Source: a bacterium (GTDB lineage Bacteria; Patescibacteriota; Dojkabacteria; SC72). Taken from it: 33,851 nt of DNA. The notes under the pieces are model-generated. The model did not search any database, was not told the origin of the DNA, and saw only the letters and a list, made by a program, of their open reading frames with translations. The stretch covers positions 1 through 33,851 of the forward strand of contig JAGDCC010000031.1 in the NCBI GenBank assembly GCA_017958745.1. Direction: 5' to 3'. Made by a program: the position numbers and the translations under genes. Position 1 is the first letter of the stretch, and each line of letters begins with the position of its first letter. Below are positions 9,001 to 13,863 of this stretch, one piece after another.

Positions 9001-11488
9001 AACCGTAACAAGTAGTGTAAATTCTGCAGGTACATTAACTGTTACCAGTAGAGCAAGCAGTGTAGCAACAGTAAGTCCAGCAAGTTCTTCTTTAACGGCA
9101 ACAACAACAGGAGTTTCTACAACAGAAACGATAACTGGTATTGCTAAGGGGTATAGTACAATAACAGTGAGTTTTACACCAACAGATACTACTAATTTTA
9201 ATAGTCCATCTAACAAGACATATTCCTTATCTGTAAATGGGGTCAACCAATGTATATCAGGAGATACATTAGCAAATTGTCTAGTCTATAATGATTATGG
9301 TGGTAGAAATTATAGTGATGCAGTAACAGCAATAGGAAACAAGTCTGCATCCAATTTCTCTTCTGTTTCTGAAACATATGAGGGACTTAAATCAATTTCC
9401 GATTATTCTAGTATAAGTGCAACAACATTAGATGGAACAAGTTATTATTACAGAGGGAGAATAGGTGATAACTGGGTTAGTTTTGCAGGATTCTTGTGGA
9501 GAGTTGTAAGAATTAATGGAGATGGAAGTGTAAGAATGATATATAGTGGGACGACTAGTAATCATGCTGGAACAGGTACACGAATAAGTACATCTGCATT
9601 TAACAGTAGTCGTAATAACTCTAAATATGTAGGGTATATGTATGACACAACTACAAATAGTACAATGAAGGGAGTAATAGATACATGGTATGAGAATAAT
9701 CTTAAAGCAAGTTACGAGGGTTATTTGTCAAACGAAATTTTCTGCAATGATACTAGTGTTGGAAGTACGAGTGGTAGTACAATCTATTACAGTACTTATG
9801 CAAGGCTATATACAAATAAAACACCTACATTAGAATGTGTAAATCAATCAGACAGATATACTTTGAAAGAATCTGGGCTTAGTAGTATTTCAGGAGTAAA
9901 TGGAGCAGGTAATAATATGTTAGATTATCCAGTTGGTTTATTAACAGCAGATGAGGTGGCTATAGCAGGAGGTGTCAATGGAACAAATAATACAAGTTAC
10001 TATTTATATACAGGGCAAAATTATAGACTAGGTTCTCCATATAGGTATTATAGCAGTAGTGCTTATGCTTACTACGTTAATACAAGTGGTAACCTGACAA
10101 ATGCTTATGTTACAACGAGTTATGGAGTGCGTCCAGTGATAAATCTAAAATCTGGTGTTAAGTATGCAAGTGGTGATGGTACAGAAGGTAATCCATATGT
10201 AATACAGGAAATACCAACACCAGCAATAACATTAAGTGCTAATAGTGGAAGTGTAGATTCAGGGGATACAACAACGTTTACAGCGACAGTAACATCCAGT
10301 AATTCTTACAATATAGCTGGTACATTAACAGTAAGTAGTGGAGATACAAGTAAAGCAACAGTAAGTCCTGCAAGTACTAACGTAACAGCAACGCAAGCAG
10401 GAGTAGCCACAACAATAACAGTAACAGGTGTGGCCGAAGGTAGTAGTTCAATAACAGTAAGCTTTACACCAACAGATACAGTATATTACAACAGTGCATC
10501 GGATGTATTATATACAGCAACAGTATCTAGTCCTCCACTTGCCAAGAAATTAATCATGGATGATTATGGAAGTAACAACTATGCAGCAGCAGTAGCAGCA
10601 ATAAATAACAAATCAGCTGTTGATTTCTCGACGACAGCAACAACAGATGAGGGCTTACATGCAATAGCAGATTACTCAAGTGTAAGTGCAACAACCTTAG
10701 ATGGAACGAGTTATTACTATAGAGGAGCAGTAGAAGATAACTGGGTAGATTTTGCAGGATATCTTTGGAGAATAGTAAGAATAAATGGAGATGGAAGTAT
10801 AAGATTAATATATAGTGGCACAACAAGTATTCATACAGGATCAGGTACTCAGATAGGTACATCTGTTTTTAACAGTAATGGAAGTGATTCTAAATATGTA
10901 GGATACACATATGATGATAATGGTACAGAAACAGATAGTATAATAAAGACTGCTATAGATAATTGGTATATAGCTAATATTAAGCCAAATTACGAAGGAT
11001 ATCTCTCTAACGAAATCTTTTGTAATGATAGAACATATACTGTTAATGGAAACATCCGTTATTTTGGTGCATATACAAGGCTAACAGCCAATAAAACACC
11101 AACACTACTATGTACAAACACACAAGATAAATATACGTTAAAGGTATCAGGACAAAGTAGTATATCAGGAACGAATGGAGCAGGTAATAACCTATTAGAG
11201 TATCCAGTAGGATTATTAACAGCAGACGAGGTATCTTTAGCAGGAGGTGTAAACGATATCGAGAATAGTAGCAGTTATCTTTATACAAGTAGTAGCTATT
11301 GGCTTGGTTCTCCTCGTATCTTCAATGGTGCTGCTGCTGATTTGTTCACTAATTGGGATGGAAAAATTGCTGGTGGTGGAAATCTAAGTTATAACAAAGG
11401 TGTTCGTCCAGTTTTAAATCTTAAACCTAGTGTTAAGTGGAACGGTGGTGATGGTTCAGAGAATACTCCATATACTGTAAAACTATAA
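2..11488 (+). CDS. Giant repetitive surface protein/adhesin, 5'-truncated (7x DUF6273/CLec-like domain, 9x Ig-like, 2x InlB B-repeat with CUB-like insert, 2x MBG-like domain)
   Basis: Frame is open from base 2 (ITLSAASGRVLVD...), so GTG at 35 is probably not the true start. Stop TAA at 11486-11488. Thr/Ser/Gly/Tyr-rich, with the recurring motif YYYRG..DNWVSFAGYLWRVVRINGDGSVR.IYSG...YPIGLLTADE...WLGSP...G.RPV.NLK. No C-terminal TM helix or sorting signal. Confidence 0.9.
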   Translation: MTLSAASGRVLVDNTNNFIATVSSGGSATVTGTLSVVSSDTTKVTVSPASSNITANTSGVATTETITGIAEGDSTITVSFTPADTSNFNSAVNKIYPVVVTVPTLAEKIIMDDYGDDNYNAAVTAINNKSARDFKTTATTDEGLHAIADYSSISSTTLDGTSYYFRGAADDNWVSFAGYLWRVVRINGDGSVRMIYSGTTSNHTGTDTWIGTSSYNVDGLDSKFVGYTYDTDTASTVKREIDAWYENNLKEEYESYLADEIFCNDKSISLERSGEYDTIYMANERLSNSYAPTLQCVNQSDRYTLKAQFGESSISGVSGAGNNMLRYPIGLLTADEVSLAGGLYGMYNNDYYLYTSDDSFWLGSPWQYSPNETYIYSFMFSVGYYFEYSSVSYHGDYNDLTTRGIRPVINLKPSVEYYSGSGTENDPYIIKEIPTPTITLSATENAILLGGTTSFVATVNSGTVSSIPGTLTVRSLDTSVATVSPASSSVTATTSGVSTSITVNGVGGGISRILLEFTPTDTATYGVSSKIYTISVNPCLSGDTLANCLIYADYGTRNYSTATTTINNKTAIVFRDPATTDEGLHAIADYSSVSSTTLDGTSYYYRGAVEDNWVSFAGYLWRVVRINGDGSVRLIYSGTTSNHTGVDTQIGTSPYNVDGLDSKFVGYMYDTTVNSTIKGVIDTWYENNLKAEYEGYLSNEIFCNDRSIAGYDYTNNFSYNTEHRLIQYDYYNHIYPTLQCENQSDRYTLKVQSEYSGIAGVSGAGNNLLDYPIGLLTADEATLSGVSIVGHNYHGYLSTGQLYWTSSPSYGSSYSHVLFVSTFGLGNKEPLSNNYGVRPVINLKSGVKYASGNGTETNPYVIELEPTISLSEYKGSVAPSDTLTFTATVYSGDTSSIPGTFTVSSSDTSKATVSPATSSITAIPSGTSVTVTVTGVASGSSTITVGFTPTDTTTYSTPESRVYTVTTRNDYTVTFNGNGGTFANNANTNTLVYPLGYLTLSNDTVTKYSHTSNVDDTGLKTSNYGNNWTNANITGTDRGDTTKAHVVTIPGARSLTVEIYYNGQGTSYDWVTVWAGSHPDYTAGSNYTSGISGGTRLGGSQSGSYTVNGNSLTNMGHSTFTIHGDTVTFGFKSNASNVGQGYGYYAIITNNGPIESVTYTGTYEEPTKSGYDFVGWLSSADGNVYNNLSGESLRPDDDITYTAQWGHYVAIPTNSYCRSGLSYTGSSQILTNAPGTGYSFSGNSAIDSGYHIVTAILDTDYVWEDNTRDNKGIRCNIYKIYPVLTLGATSGSVVEGNTSTFTAIVTSDVASAGTLSVVSDSTDVVTVSPTSSSITATTAGTSVTETITGVSRKGQGTITVDFIPTDIVNFSRPQKMYYSAFVEGVNQCLSGDTLADCLVYNDYGGRNYSNAIANINNKAPSDFTSISTTYEGLKAIEDYSSVSGTTLDGTSYYYRGDIRDNWVSFGGFLWRVVRINGDGSVRLIYSGTSSNHTGTGTRIGTSAFGSDSNDPKYVGYTYDDNEDSVIKGVVDTWYESNLMENYESYLSNEIFCNDRSVDDNSFGAFKRIFYNSAPSLVCVNQADKYTLKLSGNSYVSGINGAGNNLLNYPIGLLTADEAAIAGSGNYYGYINDTYYLYTGQTYWLGSPSYISSSYLGSTVTSSGYLDAVSVSNTSYNIGVRPVINLKSSVEYYGGSGSENNPYVIKELPTPVLTLSSAQGTVIQGNTTTFTATVASGSSSNIPGTLVVKNTDASIATVSPASTNVTATVSGVATTITLSGVNMGSSKIIVEFIPTDTTTYAVSSKIYNLTVAPCTAGDTLANCLIYSDSGTRNYSDATAAISNKTARDFNTTATTDEGLHAIADYSSVSSTTLDGTSYYYRGAVEDNWVSFAGYLWRVVRINGDGSVRMIYSGTTSNHAGTGTQIGTSSFDDSIYDQKHINYVHDTDTVIKENIDTWYENNLKDNYESYLSNEIFCNDTSIGSIVTADSYYYFGAYSRLYENKAPSLVCTNQSDRYTLKNIGISSIQGVSGDGNNRLNYPIGLLTADEVSLAGGKYNTSNNNYYLYSGQYYWLSSPHNVRYDSQSNTANMFYTSTYGSISYYELRASGIGIRPVVNLKPSIKYVSGTGTVSDPYEIESINTSTMMLSATEGSVMTGNTTSFVATVTSGSTSNISGTLLVRSEDTSKATVSPASSNITATPSGVSTTITATAAEAGVSKITVFFIPTDTTYGVSSKTYTLTVVPCTSGDTLANCLVYADTGTRNYSNAVTAINNKSARDFSTTATTDEGLHAAADYSSISSTTLDGTSYYYRGSVQDNWVSFAGYYWRVVRINGDGSIRLIYSGTSSDHGGSYTSISDASFSSASEIYYMSGSADSSIKKGLDRWYKNNINTIYENYLSNQMFCFDKEIDSISGYYTYYGAYSRLVTNKTPSLGCPNKEDMYTLREIGPSIVLGSNGAGNNKLDYPIGLLTADEAALAGGVYDVVNNSFYLYAENRDYWLGSPFYKNSNVTTGFEFYMKDSSSGTGDAGKLFATQSSVSHIGFRPVINLKASVKYNGGIGTESDPYVVKQEPALLLSSSIGGVYPNDTTTFTAKVYSGGESDISGLLTVSSSDTSKATVTPASSNVTAIPGGTEVTITITGVALGSSTITVTFTPTDTNYDAVSKIYTVTTRNNYTIDFDANGGTFTNSNTTNTIVYPTDYLTISQSNVTKYSHTSNVDDTGLRTSNFGNNWTNANITGTDRGDTSKAHVVTISGASFLTVDIYYSGDDGDWATIWAGSHPDYTAANNYTSSIIGGAQLGGYQGGSYTVNGNSLTSMGYSQFIISGDTVTFGFKSDSSGGWYGYYAVITGTFESITYTGTYEEPTKAGYEFLGWLSSEDGNIYHDISGESLRPDEDVTYTAQWGHYIAIPTATNYCKSGLAYTGSSQILTNTPATGYTFSGNTGINAGSYEVTASLDTDYVWIDDSRGTKTFSCSIGKVTPTISLSSTSGGVEVGSTSTFTATVTSSVNSAGTLTVTSRASSVATVSPASSSLTATTTGVSTTETITGIAKGYSTITVSFTPTDTTNFNSPSNKTYSLSVNGVNQCISGDTLANCLVYNDYGGRNYSDAVTAIGNKSASNFSSVSETYEGLKSISDYSSISATTLDGTSYYYRGRIGDNWVSFAGFLWRVVRINGDGSVRMIYSGTTSNHAGTGTRISTSAFNSSRNNSKYVGYMYDTTTNSTMKGVIDTWYENNLKASYEGYLSNEIFCNDTSVGSTSGSTIYYSTYARLYTNKTPTLECVNQSDRYTLKESGLSSISGVNGAGNNMLDYPVGLLTADEVAIAGGVNGTNNTSYYLYTGQNYRLGSPYRYYSSSAYAYYVNTSGNLTNAYVTTSYGVRPVINLKSGVKYASGDGTEGNPYVIQEIPTPAITLSANSGSVDSGDTTTFTATVTSSNSYNIAGTLTVSSGDTSKATVSPASTNVTATQAGVATTITVTGVAEGSSSITVSFTPTDTVYYNSASDVLYTATVSSPPLAKKLIMDDYGSNNYAAAVAAINNKSAVDFSTTATTDEGLHAIADYSSVSATTLDGTSYYYRGAVEDNWVDFAGYLWRIVRINGDGSIRLIYSGTTSIHTGSGTQIGTSVFNSNGSDSKYVGYTYDDNGTETDSIIKTAIDNWYIANIKPNYEGYLSNEIFCNDRTYTVNGNIRYFGAYTRLTANKTPTLLCTNTQDKYTLKVSGQSSISGTNGAGNNLLEYPVGLLTADEVSLAGGVNDIENSSSYLYTSSSYWLGSPRIFNGAAADLFTNWDGKIAGGGNLSYNKGVRPVLNLKPSVKWNGGDGSENTPYTVKL
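2912..3840 (+). repeat. InlB B-repeat (Listeria-Bacteroides repeat) with CUB-like insert, plus Cys-pair MBG-like domain, copy 1
   Basis: YTVTFNGNGGTF...[insert]...EPTKSGYDFVGW...ITYTAQW, then YCRSGLSYTGSSQILT...DYVWED...CNI. Near-duplicate at 8018-8930. Confidence 0.7.
8018..8930 (+). repeat. InlB B-repeat with CUB-like insert, plus MBG-like domain, copy 2
   Basis: YTIDFDANGGTF...[insert]...EPTKAGYEFLGW...VTYTAQW, then YCKSGLAYTGSSQILT...NAGSYEVTASLDTDYVW. Confidence 0.7.
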
Positions 11489-11530
11489 AAATGTATAGAA
11501 GAGTAAGAATATAATTTTTAAGTAAAATTA

Positions 11531-12421
11531 TTACTTACTTAAGAAATATCCATAATACTCGTCAAATGTAATGTAGTTATTGTAGATATAGGTTGCTATG
11601 TCTATACCTACATATCTGTAATGCCATGGTTCAAATTTATAACCTGTTATAGACTCTTTATCTTTTGGATATCTAAGAATAAAGCCATATTTATAAGAAT
11701 TATCCTTTAACCATAAATAATCGGGAGAATTAACAAAATCATCATCAACCATATTAATATCTAAAGCTAAACCAGTCTGATGCTCAGAAAAACCAGCCCT
11801 AGCAGAAAAAGTATCTGCAATATCATAGCTATCATTTTCTTCTGCATAATGCTCATACAACCATTCCTGCATAGAATAAGATCTATACGCAGAAATATTC
11901 TTAATCTCTATACCTTCTAATTTGGCAGCATCTGCCATCTCTACAAAATGCTCATAAGCATCCTCATTCATAAGATTATTCCAACCAAGAGTATAGTCCT
12001 CATCTATCGTAACCAAATTATCTGGCTCATAATCCTCATCCAAATAATTATATTTATTAACCAAAATTAATGTATCTTTAGATAAATCTGCTTCCTTTGT
12101 ATGTGTATAAAAATCATAATCCACACCAGCATTAACATTATCTACAATCTTAGAAACAGTAAACTTATTATTCTTATTAAAATAATTAACATATCTCTCT
12201 ATATTCTTAGGATTGTAATACTTATACAAACTAAAAGGATTTTTAAGAGCATCAACATTGTAATAATCAATATAGTCTTCTTTGATAGAATTTTTACCTA
12301 AAACGACAGAATTCTCATCATCTGCATTAACAACTTCCCTGAAATAAAAAAAACAAAAACCACTAAACAAACCTACTACCAAGAAAGTAACAATTGTAAA
12401 TAAAATCTCATTCTTCTTCAT
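11531..12421 (-). CDS. Membrane-anchored M15B family (VanY/LdcB-like) peptidoglycan carboxypeptidase
   Basis: N-terminal TM helix, SAYRS, SEHQTGLALD (SxHxxGxAxD zinc motif) and EPWH. Confidence 0.9.
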   Translation of the reverse strand: MKKNEILFTIVTFLVVGLFSGFCFFYFREVVNADDENSVVLGKNSIKEDYIDYYNVDALKNPFSLYKYYNPKNIERYVNYFNKNNKFTVSKIVDNVNAGVDYDFYTHTKEADLSKDTLILVNKYNYLDEDYEPDNLVTIDEDYTLGWNNLMNEDAYEHFVEMADAAKLEGIEIKNISAYRSYSMQEWLYEHYAEENDSYDIADTFSARAGFSEHQTGLALDINMVDDDFVNSPDYLWLKDNSYKYGFILRYPKDKESITGYKFEPWHYRYVGIDIATYIYNNYITFDEYYGYFLSK

Positions 12422-12427
12422 GAATAC

Positions 12428-12436
12428 ATTTTACCA
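12428..12436 (-). promoter_or_regulatory. Extended -10 promoter (TGgTAAAAT), 6 nt before the ATG (leaderless)
   Basis: Minus strand reads TGGTAAAAT-gtattc-ATG. No SD. Confidence 0.6.
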
Positions 12437-12443
12437 TAATGAA

Positions 12444-13403
12444 TTAATTATCCAATTCTCTATATAAAATTTCTCTCATAGAAGCAATATCTTCTGTAAG
12501 AAGAATCTCTCTTCTAAGTTCATTAACACCTTCAAAATCGGATAAATATGCTTTCACATACTTCTTCTCAAATGCAAAAGGCTTTCTATCTACAAATGTC
12601 TTCTCATATAAATCTAAATGTAACAGAAAAGTCTGTATCTTTTCTTGCTTAGAAACATCTGCAGACTCTCTACCTGCAAAAACCCAAGGATTGTTCATGA
12701 CCTGTCTACCAATAAGATAACCATCTAGATTATATTTCTTAACATAAGAATCACCTTCTTTCTTACTCTTTAAATCACCATTACCAAGAATAAGCGTAGT
12801 AGGGGAGATCTTGTCTCTCAAAGGTATGCACTTTCCAATCTCCTCCCAATTAGCTGGAGTTGTATAAGTCTGCTTCGAAGTACGCCCATGTACTGTTATC
12901 ATGTCTAAATGCTGTTCCAGTAAGAAACCAATCCAATTCTCTGTATCAATTTGATCGTATCCTATACGTGTTTTTACACTTAAAGGAAGATTATATTTAG
13001 CACATCCAATCTTTGCAGATTCAATTATCTCTTTTGCTAGACCTGGATTGTTAATTAATGCTGAACCTCGACCACCAGAAAGCACATCCTTAACAGAACA
13101 ACCCATGTTAATATCTATACCATCTGGCTTCAGACCATCCTGCATAATACCATCTATTGTTTTCTCATAATATTCTGGAGTATTTCCCCAAAGCTGTATG
13201 ATCAAAGGCTTTTCCTCCTCTGTAAAAGAAATTCTATGTACAACATGCTTCTTTCCCTTAGAGCAATACCCATCTACATTAAGAAACTCTGTAAGAAAAA
13301 TATCCGGACGTCCAATCCTACACAAAACCTGTCTGAAAACAGAATCTGTAACACCCTCCATAGGGGAGAGTCCAACTAATTTTTTAGTTTTATCCAATAC
13401 CAT
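12444..13403 (-). CDS. dus: tRNA-dihydrouridine synthase (Dus family)
   Basis: LSPMEGVTD, IQLWG, DINMGC (catalytic Cys), SVKTRIG, TVHGRT, GNGD, IGR..NPW. Confidence 0.93.
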   Translation of the reverse strand: MVLDKTKKLVGLSPMEGVTDSVFRQVLCRIGRPDIFLTEFLNVDGYCSKGKKHVVHRISFTEEEKPLIIQLWGNTPEYYEKTIDGIMQDGLKPDGIDINMGCSVKDVLSGGRGSALINNPGLAKEIIESAKIGCAKYNLPLSVKTRIGYDQIDTENWIGFLLEQHLDMITVHGRTSKQTYTTPANWEEIGKCIPLRDKISPTTLILGNGDLKSKKEGDSYVKKYNLDGYLIGRQVMNNPWVFAGRESADVSKQEKIQTFLLHLDLYEKTFVDRKPFAFEKKYVKAYLSDFEGVNELRREILLTEDIASMREILYRELDN

Positions 13404-13408
13404 TATTA

Positions 13409-13414
13409 ATTATA
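13409..13414 (-). promoter_or_regulatory. -10 box TATAAT 5 nt before the dus ATG
   Basis: Minus strand reads ttg-TATAAT-taata-ATG. No SD. Confidence 0.55.
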
Positions 13415-13444
13415 CAACGAAAGAAACCTTAATATAAAGCATTT

Positions 13445-13473
13445 TTGCTATGATAACCCCACTATGATACAAT
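13445..13473 (+). promoter_or_regulatory. Sigma70 promoter TTGCTA-17-TACAAT with TG extension, 6 nt before ATG 13480
   Basis: -35 at 13445-13450, TG at 13465-13466, -10 at 13468-13473. Confidence 0.65.
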
Positions 13474-13479
13474 AAAAAA

Positions 13480-13857
13480 ATGGAAGGATTGCTGGAAGAA
13501 AAAGAAGTAGGGGTAGAAACAAGTAGCAGAATAATATTGCTATCTCTATTGGATTTTCTTAAATGGTGGTACCAGAAAATGCCTATATGGCATCTAAGAA
13601 AACTAGATAGAATATCTACAGTTATGGATGACACATTATCCATATCTTTGTTGGTAAGAAACTTCTTTGTCCCATGGCATAGAGATTATTCCTTAATGGG
13701 TTTTGGATTTGGTATTGTGATGAAACTCCTATATTTACCAATCGCATTAGCTCTATATCTTCTAGCAACATTATTCTACTTTGCATTAATTATAATTTGG
13801 CTGTTATTACCAATAGGAGCAGTAGCTTTTATCCTATACACCTTTTTGAAATTTTAA
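13480..13857 (+). CDS. Hypothetical membrane protein co-transcribed with the Clp ATPase
   Basis: 125 aa with FLKWWY and NFFVPWHRD motifs and a long hydrophobic C-terminal half. Ends 6 nt before the ATPase ATG. Confidence 0.8.
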   Translation: MEGLLEEKEVGVETSSRIILLSLLDFLKWWYQKMPIWHLRKLDRISTVMDDTLSISLLVRNFFVPWHRDYSLMGFGFGIVMKLLYLPIALALYLLATLFYFALIIIWLLLPIGAVAFILYTFLKF

Positions 13858-13863
13858 ATCACT

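Larger units (their letters stand above)
2..10530 (+). repeat. Nine ~100 aa Ig-like (Big_2-like) spacer domains
   Basis: Motif T.TLS...G.V..G.T..F.ATV.SG....I.GTL.V.SSDTS.ATVSPASS..TAT..GV.T.IT.TG...G.S.ITV.FTPTDT at about 2-300, 1300-1610, 2595-2905, 3845-4155, 5122-5430, 6420-6722, 7710-8010, 8932-9243 and 10212-10530. Confidence 0.8.
305..11485 (+). repeat. Seven ~1 kb copies of the WRVVRINGDG...GVRPVINLK domain (approx. 305-1295, 1612-2595, 4158-5120, 5433-6410, 6724-7708, 9246-10210, 10532-11485)
   Basis: Direct comparison of protein and DNA: a conserved core (e.g. gataactgggtaagttttgcagga...tggagagtagtaagaat.aatggagatgg.agtgtaaga) recurs in all seven copies. Boundaries are approximate. 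Confidence 0.9.

Noticed and set aside
11502-11540. Bidirectional terminator between the giant gene and the peptidase
   Set aside because: Only an imperfect, almost all-AT stem (taatttt/aaaatta), too weak to call.
11531-12421. vanY glycopeptide-resistance gene
   Set aside because: No vanHAX or vanRS nearby, so a housekeeping M15B peptidase is more likely.
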